64,000 nt of DNA from Spirochaetia bacterium (GCA_965203905.1 CBDBDQ010000005.1:7616001-7680000), one strand, 5' to 3'; shown: positions 10,317-19,949, numbered from the stretch's first letter. Notes: a model not told the origin generated them from the sequence alone. A program made the numbers and translations.

Positions 10317-11063
10317 ATGCATACCGGACAGGCAGGTGACATTCCGCTGGTGTGGATGGAACCGGAAACCACCGAGACACGCACCCTGGTGATATGGCTG
10401 CCGGGGTTCAGCGGCACCAAGGAAGCGATGCAGCCCTACCTCGCCGACCTGGCGGCGGCCGGCTTCGTGGCGTTGAGCTTCGACCCCTACCAGCATGGCG
10501 AGCGGCGCGTCGAGTCGCTCGACGAACTGCGTGCGCGAGTGCGCGGCAACATCCGGCGCCATTTCTGGCCGATCCTGGCGCGGACCGCGGAGGATGTTCC
10601 GCGGGTGATCGACTGGGCGGTGCGGCGCCTCGGCGTGGCCGAGATGGCCGGCATGGGCGGGATCTCGGCCGGCGGCGACACCTCCGTCGCGGCCACCGCG
10701 GTGGACCCTCGCATCGCGGTGGTCGCCGCGGCCATCGCCACCCCCGACTGGCTGCGGCCCGGCTCGTTCGAGCCGCCGGGGGCGCCCGACGCGGCGGCCC
10801 AGGCCTGCTACGAGCGGCGCAACCCGCTCACCCACCTGGCGGCCTATCGCCACACCCCGGCCATCAGCTTTCAGAACGGCGCGCTGGACCAGCAGGTGCC
10901 GCCCGACGGCTCGCAGCGCTTCGTCGCCGCGCTGCGCGAGGAGTTGTACGCGAATTGTCCCGAGCGCCTGGAAGTGGTCCTCCACGAGGGGACAGCCCAC
11001 GAGTTCACCGCCGCCGGCTGGACCAACGCGCTGGCGTGGTTCCGCCGCCACCTGTCCCCTTAG
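10317..11063 (+). CDS. Alpha/beta hydrolase (YjfP-like esterase)
   Basis: GISAG nucleophile, GALDQQVP, HEF. Confidence 0.85.
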   Translation: MHTGQAGDIPLVWMEPETTETRTLVIWLPGFSGTKEAMQPYLADLAAAGFVALSFDPYQHGERRVESLDELRARVRGNIRRHFWPILARTAEDVPRVIDWAVRRLGVAEMAGMGGISAGGDTSVAATAVDPRIAVVAAAIATPDWLRPGSFEPPGAPDAAAQACYERRNPLTHLAAYRHTPAISFQNGALDQQVPPDGSQRFVAALREELYANCPERLEVVLHEGTAHEFTAAGWTNALAWFRRHLSP

Positions 11064-11122
11064 CCCCCTTAGCCCGGTTGGTAAGTGTGGCCTCTGCTGG
11101 TCGACACACGCGGGCCACGCGG

Positions 11123-11542
11123 TCACGCCAGCTCGGCGCGGTTGCACGCGCCGGCAACGACGCGATGCACCAGGACCGCGTCGGCGTACGCCTCCCGGGC
11201 ATCGGCACTCCGGTAGAACTGAGAGGGCGTCAGATCCTCGCTGCCATAGAAGGCAAGCTCGCGGTCACGACGCAGCTTGCGGGATATGTCGATGAGCCGG
11301 TCGAGCTCGGCAGCGACGCTCGGCAGTCTCTCCCTGTTGGCGTCCAGGACGGGACTGACGTCGTGAATCCTCGGTACGTCGACCCGAGCGAAGCGGAGCA
11401 ACGCCTTGAGCGCAATCTCGACGACCTCCTGCGACTCGCGCACCACATCGGCCCAACTCTCTTCGGCGAGCAACACTTCGATTGCGCGCAAACGGCTGCG
11501 CCCGCGCCGCAGATAATCATCGACCAGATCCAGATTACGCAT
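11123..11542 (-). CDS. HEPN domain protein (toxin of an MNT-HEPN pair)
   Basis: SQEVVEIALKALL…PRIHDV…RELAFYG. Confidence 0.85.
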   Translation of the reverse strand: MRNLDLVDDYLRRGRSRLRAIEVLLAEESWADVVRESQEVVEIALKALLRFARVDVPRIHDVSPVLDANRERLPSVAAELDRLIDISRKLRRDRELAFYGSEDLTPSQFYRSADAREAYADAVLVHRVVAGACNRAELA

Positions 11543-12143
11543 TCGCCCCTACGTGGATCCAGTACGGGTGTCCGTACGCAACACGGCGCTGCAGCTCGCC
11601 GGCAGCGATGCGGTCACGCACCCGCGCCAGGGTTCGCGCCAGAACGCCGGTGGGATCCAGCACCACCACACCGTGCAATGCCACCTCCAGCCAGAGCGAC
11701 CCGATGGCGGCGTCCGCCGTCGGCAGATGGGCGAAATGCGGCGACACGACACCCGCGTCTGTATGGACCGCATCCACCGCCTGATCCCAGCGCGTATAGA
11801 GCGCGCGCGACACTGCCACCGACTCGCTGACCGCGATCAGCAGGTCAAGGTCCGACGTGGCCGTATGCTCGTTTCTGATCCGTGAGCCGAACACGACCAA
11901 GCCGACCAGCGCCTCGTCGAACTCCGCCGTCAGCGCTGCCAACAACGCCGCGGTAATCATGCCGCCAGTGCCGCCGCCGCGAACCGCGGCAGTCAGAATC
12001 GAACGACAGTAGTAATTGAGCGAGACACCGGTCCGCGCCGCGGCGGCCTTGAGCGCTCCATGAATCTCCGGCGGTATCCGCAACACGAATCGCCCGGAAA
12101 GCGGCTCCGCTGCCGCCCCGCCTCTCGCGCCCGTCGCAAGCAT
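11535..12143 (-). CDS. HicB/Arc-like RHH domain fused to a minimal nucleotidyltransferase (MNT antitoxin)
   Basis: SGRFVLRIPPEIH…GVSLN followed by VFGSR…SDLDLL. Confidence 0.8.
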   Translation of the reverse strand: MLATGARGGAAAEPLSGRFVLRIPPEIHGALKAAAARTGVSLNYYCRSILTAAVRGGGTGGMITAALLAALTAEFDEALVGLVVFGSRIRNEHTATSDLDLLIAVSESVAVSRALYTRWDQAVDAVHTDAGVVSPHFAHLPTADAAIGSLWLEVALHGVVVLDPTGVLARTLARVRDRIAAGELQRRVAYGHPYWIHVGANA

Positions 12144-12149
12144 TCTGAT

Positions 12150-12178
12150 ATCATAGTACTACTCTTCTTGAGCATCAA
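12150..12178 (-). promoter_or_regulatory. Sigma70-type promoter of the MNT-HEPN operon, leaderless, overlapping palindromes
   Basis: TTGATG-17bp-TATGAT, 6 nt before ATG; palindromes TGATATCA and TAGTACTA overlap the -10. Confidence 0.6.
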
Positions 12179-12345
12179 CCTGCTCGACCGTAGATGCTTC
12201 TCATCTGCCGGCCGTCGAGGGACAGGACTAGCGATTCCTGGGTGCTGTCCCGGCGGCCCGGGTAGACCCGCGCCGCGGTCGACAGGGATGCTCAGTTCGA
12301 CCGCTTCGCCCCGTGGTCGCTGGCCTCGTTCGGGTTCGCTCGCCG

Positions 12346-13227
12346 TCAGCCGGCGCTCAGCCGCTCGTCGGGGGTGCGGTGAATCTCCATCGGCGGCTCG
12401 CCGCCCGCGTACCGTGGGATAAGGGGGTCGATCTTGGCCAGCGCGTCCGGCGGCCACTCGGCGTGCTTGCGGTGCATCTCGCTGTGGTAGTAGCTCTGCA
12501 CCGGCTCCTGAAGCTGGCTGAACAGCGGGTAGAACCAGATCGTGATGACGGTACGGCGCTGGTCCGACTCGTTGCTGTGCGCGGCGTGGAACATGCGCGC
12601 GTCGCCGACTACCAGGTCGCCGGCCCGCACCGGTACGTCCACCTCGCCCTCGTGGTCGAGAAAGCGCGGATCGGCGGCGTTCTCCATGCTGTTGATGTCC
12701 CGCTCGTGGGCAACGCCCAGGTCGTGCAGGTCGTGCCGGCGGCGGTGGCTGCCCGGCAGCAGGCGCAGGCAGCCGTTGTGGCGGCTGGTATCCTCCAGGT
12801 AGTACATCAGGAAGATCATCCCCGGCACCTCGCTGTAGGAGCGCGGGTCCTGCCACAGCATGCAGTCCTGGTGCCAGTACAGGCGCGGTCCACCGGGCGG
12901 CTTGCTGATGATGACGGCCTTCCAGAACTTTATATCCGTGAACCCCATGCGGCGCAGCTCGTCGAGGGCCGCAGGATTGCCGATCAGATCGGCCAGCTCC
13001 GGGTAGCGATCGGAGTCGATCAGCGTGCCGGGCGATCGGGTGCGCGCCAGGCGCTCTTCGTCCTGGGTGGCGATGGCGCGTTCGGCGCAGGCGCGGGTGT
13101 GCTCGATGAGCGAGGGCGACGCCATGCCCCGGATGATGCAGAATCCCTCTCGTTGCAACTGCTGGAGACGCTCCGCGCCGACGGCATCGGTGGGCGTAAG
13201 CGTCGGCGCAGTGTAAGTCGCGGCCAT
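12346..13227 (-). CDS. PhyH family dioxygenase
   Basis: YWHQD, NGCLRLLPGSH, FHAAHSN…R. Confidence 0.9.
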   Translation of the reverse strand: MAATYTAPTLTPTDAVGAERLQQLQREGFCIIRGMASPSLIEHTRACAERAIATQDEERLARTRSPGTLIDSDRYPELADLIGNPAALDELRRMGFTDIKFWKAVIISKPPGGPRLYWHQDCMLWQDPRSYSEVPGMIFLMYYLEDTSRHNGCLRLLPGSHRRRHDLHDLGVAHERDINSMENAADPRFLDHEGEVDVPVRAGDLVVGDARMFHAAHSNESDQRRTVITIWFYPLFSQLQEPVQSYYHSEMHRKHAEWPPDALAKIDPLIPRYAGGEPPMEIHRTPDERLSAG

Positions 13228-13306
13228 GGCTGCATGCTAGTGCCGGGCGAGCGCCCCGTCAACGAGTCCCCAGCTACTGGAGCCGCGAAGATGAAGCGTA
13301 CGCGCA

Positions 13307-13349
13307 CGCTCGCCACTCGGTGATGTAGTCTCGTGGGATCACGGTTCCG
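13307..13349. repeat. 43-bp direct repeat, left copy (start of abiEii)
   Basis: Identical to 15005-15047. Confidence 0.9.
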
Positions 13350-13460
13350 TCTGGACTGTGTACCGATGCCAGCGGCTCGGTGATGCTGCTGCTGCCATGC
13401 ATCGGTACCGTAAGCCGGCCTGAACTGCCTCGTCCCCGTACGGCGGTGCGCGAGCGTTCC

Positions 13461-13919
13461 CTACTTGATCGAAGAAACAGCCGGGTAGGTCCCGGTAACG
13501 GTATCAGCTATGAGGTCTCCAATTACTGCCGCCTGTGATGAGCCGTAAGCAGGAAGGCCATTGATCTCGCAGTGCGAAGGATCTTCCGGATGGTCAGCTT
13601 CGGCCGGCAGAGGGTGACGGACAAAGCGGAGTTCGCAGGCACCACGAGTCTTTTCTCTGGTAGTGCCGACCTTCAACTCTGCCAGACGACCATTCTTGCT
13701 CATTACTATGCGCGACAGAGCCCTCACTATGTCTATCTGTTCCTGCTTCGATGCATCTGCAAAACACTCCAGCCAGTTTACTGATAGACCAACCTCTTGC
13801 GGTCGCAATCGAAACGCTTCACCGGATGCCCTTCCGTTGCTGAGAACCGACTTTGGTCTGACGTACCGAACCACGTTGTCGCTGGCAGACAACTCGGTAC
13901 GAATCTCTGCGTTTCTCAC
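13461..13919 (-). CDS. Hypothetical protein, candidate ADP-ribosyltransferase-like toxin
   Basis: Low GC; VVRY…AF…GLSVNW…SHCEI (R…S…H pattern); TAGTG overlap with upstream gene. Confidence 0.65.
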   Translation of the reverse strand: MRNAEIRTELSASDNVVRYVRPKSVLSNGRASGEAFRLRPQEVGLSVNWLECFADASKQEQIDIVRALSRIVMSKNGRLAELKVGTTREKTRGACELRFVRHPLPAEADHPEDPSHCEINGLPAYGSSQAAVIGDLIADTVTGTYPAVSSIK

Positions 13920-14398
13920 TATCGATGCAACAGAATATGAATGAGTTTCAAGGTGCGAGCCACTGTAGTTCGCGCGCCGGTTGGAGGTGTGTTAGCAGAC
14001 CAGACAACATACTCACAGTTCTGGTCGCCGAAAAACTCGACTCCTATGTGTACATCATTCTCGTCGTATATTGCCCTCAGGTTGCCGTCGTCAGTGGCCA
14101 CTACATCGAACTTGCTGTAACAACCAGATATCTCACGAGATCGGACGAATGTCCAGAAGTCATCTTCGGACTTGACTCTCAACGTAACGCCATCCTCTTC
14201 GCAGTACCCCTTGAGTCGTGTGATTCTGCTCTCAAGTCCTGCATTATGTAGTGACCGAGTTGTCCATTCGAACCGCTCAATGCTTGGAAGCAGCAATCCC
14301 GGAGAGAACGGGATCACTCTTGTAGATGGGTTAGCGGTGATCCACTCCCACTCACTCGCACTCGGCTCCCACTCAGTTGTCGCTGTTGCACTACTCAT
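13919..14398 (-). CDS. Hypothetical protein (candidate antitoxin)
   Basis: Low GC, coupled to both neighbours; RITRL…EED…ATDDGNLRA. Confidence 0.65.
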   Translation of the reverse strand: MSSATATTEWEPSASEWEWITANPSTRVIPFSPGLLLPSIERFEWTTRSLHNAGLESRITRLKGYCEEDGVTLRVKSEDDFWTFVRSREISGCYSKFDVVATDDGNLRAIYDENDVHIGVEFFGDQNCEYVVWSANTPPTGARTTVARTLKLIHILLHR

Positions 14399-14795
14399 TT
14401 GATCTTGGAGAATGGAAACCGCTCAAATAAGGTTTCGAGTCTGAAACGATGTTGCCTGATTCGTCTACCTGTTGTATCCTCACTTCGTAGTCCGTGTCGG
14501 GCTTCCAGCCGGTGAATCCCAAGGAGTTCATCGGTACAAGGAATCCTACGCCCCACTCAGTCGAACCTCTCTCGCGAACACGTACATCATATAGCACCGG
14601 TGGTCTGAATTGAACCTGAACGCCAATTTCGTGTGGGTCGTCGAGTTCGCATAGCGCGACTCCCTTTAGGGTAACTACGAACGACTTGCTGTTCGCATCC
14701 CAAGCGACGGGCGGGACACCCTGCTGACTGACGTTGTGCCAACCCTTTTTAGGACCCAATCTTTCACGTTCGTCGGTCGGATCTGCCATAATCAT
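14391..14795 (-). CDS. Fibronectin type III-like domain protein without signal peptide
   Basis: YDVRVRERGSTEW…FTGWKPDTDYEVRIQQVDESGN resembles the FN3 'LxPxTxYxVxV' signature. Confidence 0.6.
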   Translation of the reverse strand: MIMADPTDERERLGPKKGWHNVSQQGVPPVAWDANSKSFVVTLKGVALCELDDPHEIGVQVQFRPPVLYDVRVRERGSTEWGVGFLVPMNSLGFTGWKPDTDYEVRIQQVDESGNIVSDSKPYLSGFHSPRSNE

Positions 14796-14839
14796 CGACT
14801 CGGTGCACGCAATATACACGATGTTATACCCTGGCGTGA

Positions 14840-15040
14840 TCAACAGGTGTCAAGTGGCTGATCGAGGCTGGACCACAACGAGAGCGCCGTGCCGCCCCGG
14901 AAGGCCAGCGCCTCGGCGAGCGAGGGTTCGGAGAATATCTTGACCAGGGCGCGGCTGATGACGAGGTCCTGCTCGATCTGGAAGTCCACTGTCCACGGTG
15001 CCCGCGCTCGCCACTCGGTGATGTAGTCTCGTGGGATCAC
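14840..15040 (-). pseudogene. AbiEii/AbiGii nucleotidyltransferase toxin, N-terminal fragment
   Basis: IPRDYITEWR…QIEQDLVISRAL…LAFRGGTAL, then truncated. Confidence 0.8.
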
Positions 15041-15047
15041 GGTTCCG
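15005..15047. repeat. 43-bp direct repeat, right copy
   Basis: Identical to 13307-13349. Confidence 0.9.
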
Positions 15048-15159
15048 AGGTCGGGATTGAGCCGCCGTGCAAGGCCGCCGTGGCCGTTCGGTCACGGGAA
15101 GAGCGCTCGTAGGAGGGTGTACCTGCACCCGCGGCGCGGTCGAGGGGTCCTGCTCGCCT

Positions 15160-15342
15160 TCAGCCGGCGCGCAGCCGCCCGTCGGGGGTGCGGTGGATCT
15201 CCATTGGCCCCGCGTCGCCCCCGTACCGCGAGATTGGCGCGAAGCGATCTTGGCCAGCGCGTCCGGCGGCCATTCAGCGTGCTTGCGGTGCATATCGCTT
15301 TGGTAGTAGCTCTGCTCCCGCTCCAGGAGCTGGCGGAACAGC
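15160..15342 (-). pseudogene. Degenerate copy of the 3' end of the PhyH gene at 12346
   Basis: QSYYQSDMHRKHAEWPPDALAKI vs QSYYHSEMHRKHAEWPPDALAKI. Confidence 0.8.
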
Positions 15343-15722
15343 GTCACGTCAACGAGGCCGCTTGCCGATTGTTGTTGTGGCGCCACTCTTGACACCCCAT
15401 GCGCCGATTGCAACGCTGTCTGGCGATGGCACCGATCGCTGAGTTCCGCGCGGCAAACCAGGTCGCCGCCGTTGACGACGGCACCGCCAGGCGGGACGAA
15501 CGCGGTGAGTGGTCGCCGCGCGTGCAGGGCGTGGCGCCGCTCATCGACAGGGCGTGGAGACCGTTGCGGGTCCTGCGCTACCTGTTCACGGCACTGCACG
15601 CGGGGACCGCGGTAGCGACCTTGCATGACCGGACCGAGCAGCTGCGGCAGCGCATGCGCCGCAAGCGCCGCATGCCCACCGCAGCCAAGGGCCTCGGCCA
15701 GTAGCAGCCGCAGCGACTCCGA

Positions 15723-17039
15723 GTGTCCATACCGGCCTTTTTCTCCAGTGCGCTCCACCGCATCGACCCGCACGTCGCGGATGCACTGGCCGGCGAGGCG
15801 CGCCGGCAGCGCGAGCAGATTGTGCTGATCGCATCCGAGAACATCGTCAGTCGCGCGGTGCTCGATGCCCTGGGCCACGAGATCACCAACAAGACGCTCG
15901 AGGGCTACCCCGGAAATCGCTTTCATGGCGGGGCGCAGTTCCTCGATGTCGTCGAGCAGGCGGCGATCGATCGTGCCCGGGAGCTGTTCGATTGCGAGTA
16001 CGCCAATGTGCAGCCGCATTCGGGCACGCAGGCCAACCAGGCGGTATTCTTCGCGCTGCTGCAACCGGGCGATACGATCCTCAGCCTCGATCTGGCCGCG
16101 GGCGGGCACCTGAGTCACGGCGCCGCCCCCAACCTGTCGGGCCGCTGGTTCGACGCGCACCACTACTTGGTCTCGCCGGACAGCGGACTGATCGACTACG
16201 ACGCGCTCGCGGAGCAGGCGGTCGCACTGCGGCCCAAGCTGCTGATCGCCGGCGGCTCCGCCTACCCGCGGGAACTCGACTTCGCTCGCATGCGTGAGAT
16301 CGCGGACGCATGCGGCGCCCGCCTGCTGGTCGACATGGCCCATATCGCCGGGCTGGTTGCCGCCGGCGTGCACGTCTCGCCGCTGCCCTACGCGGATATC
16401 GTGACCTGCACTACGTCGAAGACCCTGCGCGGGCCGAGCGGCGGCCTGATTCTGGCGCGCGACGCGGCCCGGAAACGGGCGCTCAATGCGGCCATCTTCC
16501 CCGGCGTGCAGGGCAGTCTGCACCCACAGGTCATCGCTGCCAAGGCGGTGTGTCTGGGCGAAGCGTTACAGCCTGCCTTCAAGCGTTACGGAGAGCAGGT
16601 CAAGACCAATGCGGCGGTGCTGGCGGCCACGCTGGGCCGACGGGGCATCCAACTCGTCAGCGGCGGCACCGACACGCACCTGGTGTTGCTGGATCTGCGC
16701 AGACAGCAGATCACCGGGGCACGGGCTGAGGCAGTGCTGGAGGCGGCCAACATCGCATCCAACAAGAACCCGATCCCATTCGACGCCCGCAAGCCCTCGC
16801 AGTGGGCGGGTCTGCGCCTGGGCGTGGCCGCGGTGACCACCCGCGGTTTCGGCACCGATGAAATGGTTCGGGTCGGCGATCTCATCGCCGACCTGCTGCT
16901 GGCCGCGGCCAACGGTGACCCCGCCGATGCGGTCCGCCGCGCCGCCGCTGAAGTTGCGGATCTGTGTGCGCGATATCCGGTGTATCCGGCGGCAGGCCAG
17001 GCCGAAGCAGCGCCGTTTGAAGCGGCGCTCCGCGGCTGA
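15723..17039 (+). CDS. glyA: Serine hydroxymethyltransferase family; signature residues of 2-methylserine hydroxymethyltransferase rather than housekeeping GlyA
   Basis: LIASEN, NKTLEGYPGNRFHGG, NVQPHSG, GGHLSHG, DMAH, TCTTSKTLRGP. Confidence 0.85.
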   Translation: MSIPAFFSSALHRIDPHVADALAGEARRQREQIVLIASENIVSRAVLDALGHEITNKTLEGYPGNRFHGGAQFLDVVEQAAIDRARELFDCEYANVQPHSGTQANQAVFFALLQPGDTILSLDLAAGGHLSHGAAPNLSGRWFDAHHYLVSPDSGLIDYDALAEQAVALRPKLLIAGGSAYPRELDFARMREIADACGARLLVDMAHIAGLVAAGVHVSPLPYADIVTCTTSKTLRGPSGGLILARDAARKRALNAAIFPGVQGSLHPQVIAAKAVCLGEALQPAFKRYGEQVKTNAAVLAATLGRRGIQLVSGGTDTHLVLLDLRRQQITGARAEAVLEAANIASNKNPIPFDARKPSQWAGLRLGVAAVTTRGFGTDEMVRVGDLIADLLLAAANGDPADAVRRAAAEVADLCARYPVYPAAGQAEAAPFEAALRG

Positions 17040-17115
17040 CAGTCGCACCACAGGCCTGTAGCCAGCGCGACCAGCCCGACCGTGTGCAGGGCCGGCGGTC
17101 GATTCCAGCCGCGCT

Positions 17116-17988
17116 CTAAGATCGCTCGAGTCTGGCCCGGTCGGGCTGGCGGTTGAACTCCGGCGGCTCGACGGTTCCGCGATAATCCGGGATCACCGGC
17201 CGGATCTTGTCGAGCGCTTCCGGCGGCCACTCGGCGTGCTGGCGGTGGAACGCGTGGTGGATCCAGCTCTGCGTCGGTTCCTGCAGATCGTCGAACAGCG
17301 GGTGGAACCAGATCGTGATCACCGTCCGGTACTCGTCAGTGGCGTTGGCGTGGGTGGCGTGGAACAGTCGGGCGTCGCCCACCACCAGGTCTCCCGCCTG
17401 CACCGGCACGTCGACCTCCCCCGGGTAGTCGGCGAAGCGCGGGTCGTGCTCGTCGTCCATCCGGTTGATGTCCCGGGTGTGTGCCGTCCCCATCCCGTGG
17501 AGCTGGTGCCACCGGCGGTGGGTGCCGGGCAGCAGCCGCAGGCAGCCGTTCTCGCGCGAGGTGTCGTCAAGGTAGTACATCAGGAAGACCATCGGGGAAT
17601 AGTCGCTGTAGGCGCGCGGGTCGTCCCACCACATGCAGTCCTGGTGCCAGTAGAGTCGCGGGCTGGGCCCCGGCTTGCTGATGATGACCGCCTTCCAGAA
17701 CCTGCTGCCGCCGAATCCCATCGCCTCCAGCGCGGCCAACGCCCTCGGATTGCCGATGCATTCCGCCAGGCCCGGATGACGATTCGAGTTGATCAGCGTC
17801 CCCGGCGAGCGGGTAGCCTCGAGCTGCTCCTCGGACAGCTCGCCAACCGCCCGCATGGCGACCTCGCGGGTGTGCCGGACGGTGCCGGCGTCGAGCATGC
17901 CCTCGAGCACGCAGAAGCCTTCCTCGATCAGCTTCCTCCCCTTGCGATCGAAGCCGGTGGCAGGCGGGGCGCTACTAGCGGTACTCAC
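17116..17988 (-). CDS. PhyH family dioxygenase (close paralog of 12346-13227)
   Basis: FWKAVIISKP…RLYWHQDCM shared with the 12346 gene. Confidence 0.9.
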   Translation of the reverse strand: MSTASSAPPATGFDRKGRKLIEEGFCVLEGMLDAGTVRHTREVAMRAVGELSEEQLEATRSPGTLINSNRHPGLAECIGNPRALAALEAMGFGGSRFWKAVIISKPGPSPRLYWHQDCMWWDDPRAYSDYSPMVFLMYYLDDTSRENGCLRLLPGTHRRWHQLHGMGTAHTRDINRMDDEHDPRFADYPGEVDVPVQAGDLVVGDARLFHATHANATDEYRTVITIWFHPLFDDLQEPTQSWIHHAFHRQHAEWPPEALDKIRPVIPDYRGTVEPPEFNRQPDRARLERS

Positions 17989-18199
17989 TCATCCATCTTA
18001 CTGGTACTGGTCCGCGGCGTCGCTGCCCCCACCAAGCGAATGGGTTGACCACACTGACGAAGTATCTCCCTCATGATCACCAATTTGCCGATGCCTGTCG
18101 GGTTTCCGCACTCGTCTCCTCGAACAAGCAGCCGAACTCCTCCGCGGAGCCGCGCTTATTGATTTGACTGAACGACTCTACCCAACCATACTGACTCTC

Positions 18200-18424
18200 A
18201 TGGGAGTTCCAGCCACAACTGCCAAGACCTATCGGTACCGGTTCAAGGTCGACGGTCGGGTGATTCACCACGGCATTACCACCGACCTGCAGCGCCGCGA
18301 ACGCGAACACCAAAAGCGGTGGCCCGGTGGAACCATTGAGCAGGTCGGCCAACCCACATCCCACCGCGACGCCTGGGAGTGGGAGAGGAAACAGGCAGTA
18401 CCCGGCTCCGCCGCCGCCATTTGA
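18200..18424 (+). CDS. Minimal GIY-YIG-like nuclease
   Basis: TYRY…VIHHGITTDLQRREREH…AWEWE. Confidence 0.6.
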   Translation: MGVPATTAKTYRYRFKVDGRVIHHGITTDLQRREREHQKRWPGGTIEQVGQPTSHRDAWEWERKQAVPGSAAAI

Positions 18425-19228
18425 CCGGCGGCGGAGACCCTTCCAAGGCGCCGGGCCAGAACGTGCCGCGGTCAGCCCAGTCGAGCCATGTGTTCGTAAC
18501 CGGCGCCGGTTTCACGCGTGCCTTCGTTCCAGACGCGCCCCTTCTGGTCGACGATTTTCGACAACGACGGCCTTGTGGACAGAGTCCGTGGCCTGCCGAA
18601 CGCCAGCCGATTAATCGAGTGGGAGAGGAACCAGCACCCCGACGGATTCATCAACATTGAGCGACTGATGACCCGGCTCGACCAGCTCATGCCGTACGAC
18701 CTCAGCCAGAACGCCGACGACGAGTACCGATTCCTGCTCGCGGAACTCAAGCGGGCGTTTCTCTACCGTCTCTCACGCGCCAGGGAGGGGCAATTTGACA
18801 GAGACGCTTTCGACGCGTTCGCCAGCCACTGCGCCACCAATCAGTTCGACTGTGTCACCTTCAACTACGACGACTTCCTCGATGAAGCGCTCAGCGACAC
18901 CGGCCGGTGGACCCCGGTATGGACCCTCGCCTTCGAGACTCTGACCACAGCGAAGAAGGTCACCTTCATCGGCTACTCGTTCCCGTCCACAGACTTGGCT
19001 GCACGTACGCTCTTCTCCGAAGCACTGCGGGACTTGCCCCGCGAGAACATATGCGTAGTCGACTTGGCGACCGAAGAGGCCGACATCGTACGGTTCAAGA
19101 GCAGATACCGGGGCGTCCTCGGCGAGATTCCCGATCATCGGTTCTCATTCGACGGGGCTGGCCCATGGATTCGTACCTTGGTCGACGCGGTGACCGATCG
19201 GCACGGGTCGCCACCCAACCCGATCTAA
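18421..19228 (+). pseudogene. SIR2-like (SIR2_2) NADase, frameshifted and internally deleted
   Basis: VTGAGF, NIE, VTFNYD, IGYSFP; frameshift near 18558; central KLHGS region absent. Confidence 0.7.
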
Positions 19229-19339
19229 CTTGTCTCCTAACTGGACAATCAAGACAAGGCTGCGCTGCGGCTGCCCACGTATCCGCGCTATGAAGTGCTG
19301 CCGACGCTGGCTCTGGTCCGGCGGCACGAATCGATAGCC

Positions 19340-19629
19340 ACCGCAATTCCCGGGACGAGAATCCCCGCATCTGCGGGAGTGCCTCCCGCAGGTCGTGCGA
19401 AAGGGGGTCGATGGTCCCGGCGCCCCAGCCTTCCTGCTCCTGGCGGCGAGGATCGCCTTGCCGATGTCCCAGTACAGCAGCACCATCGGCTGTTGGCGGC
19501 GAGCACAACGCGCACGCGTTCGGTGCGAATGCGCTCCTTGATCTCACCGAGCAGGGCCGCGTAGTCAGCGGGCAACTCTCCCTTTCCCGGGGCGCGGGGA
19601 TCGAAGCGCCCGTGCGCCGGCGGCCCATG
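19340..19629 (-). pseudogene. DUF1016 (YhcG) N-terminal fragment
   Basis: YAALLGEIKERIR…LLYWDIG…EGWGAG…RGFS spread over several frames. Confidence 0.75.
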
Positions 19630-19642
19630 GACTTTCGTTCCG

Positions 19643-19920
19643 TCACAGACGCCTCGTGGGGCAGCGGCTCCTGGTCGACGCAGGCAGCTTGACGTCGTTG
19701 CCGCGGTACACGCGTTCGCCGCAGATCACCACGCGCTTGGGATCCCACACGCCGGCGTGGTGGTCCACCACGTGGTAGCCGGCGGTGAGCGTCATCCGGG
19801 TGCCGTCGGTGCGGTTGCGGCCGGCGGCGTGCATCAGCATGCTTGTCGATGGCCAGCACGCCGCCTGTCGGCATCGGGATCGAAATGCGCTGTTCCAGGA
19901 GCCCGGAGGCGATCCACCAC
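19643..19920 (-). pseudogene. PhyH C-terminal fragment
   Basis: LMHAAGRNRTDGTRMTLT. Confidence 0.55.
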
Positions 19921-19949
19921 GGATCGTGTTCCGTAATCAGGCCGGGACT

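Noticed and set aside
15399-15704. 101-aa ORF upstream of the SHMT gene
   Set aside because: No recognisable motif or RBS; cannot be supported
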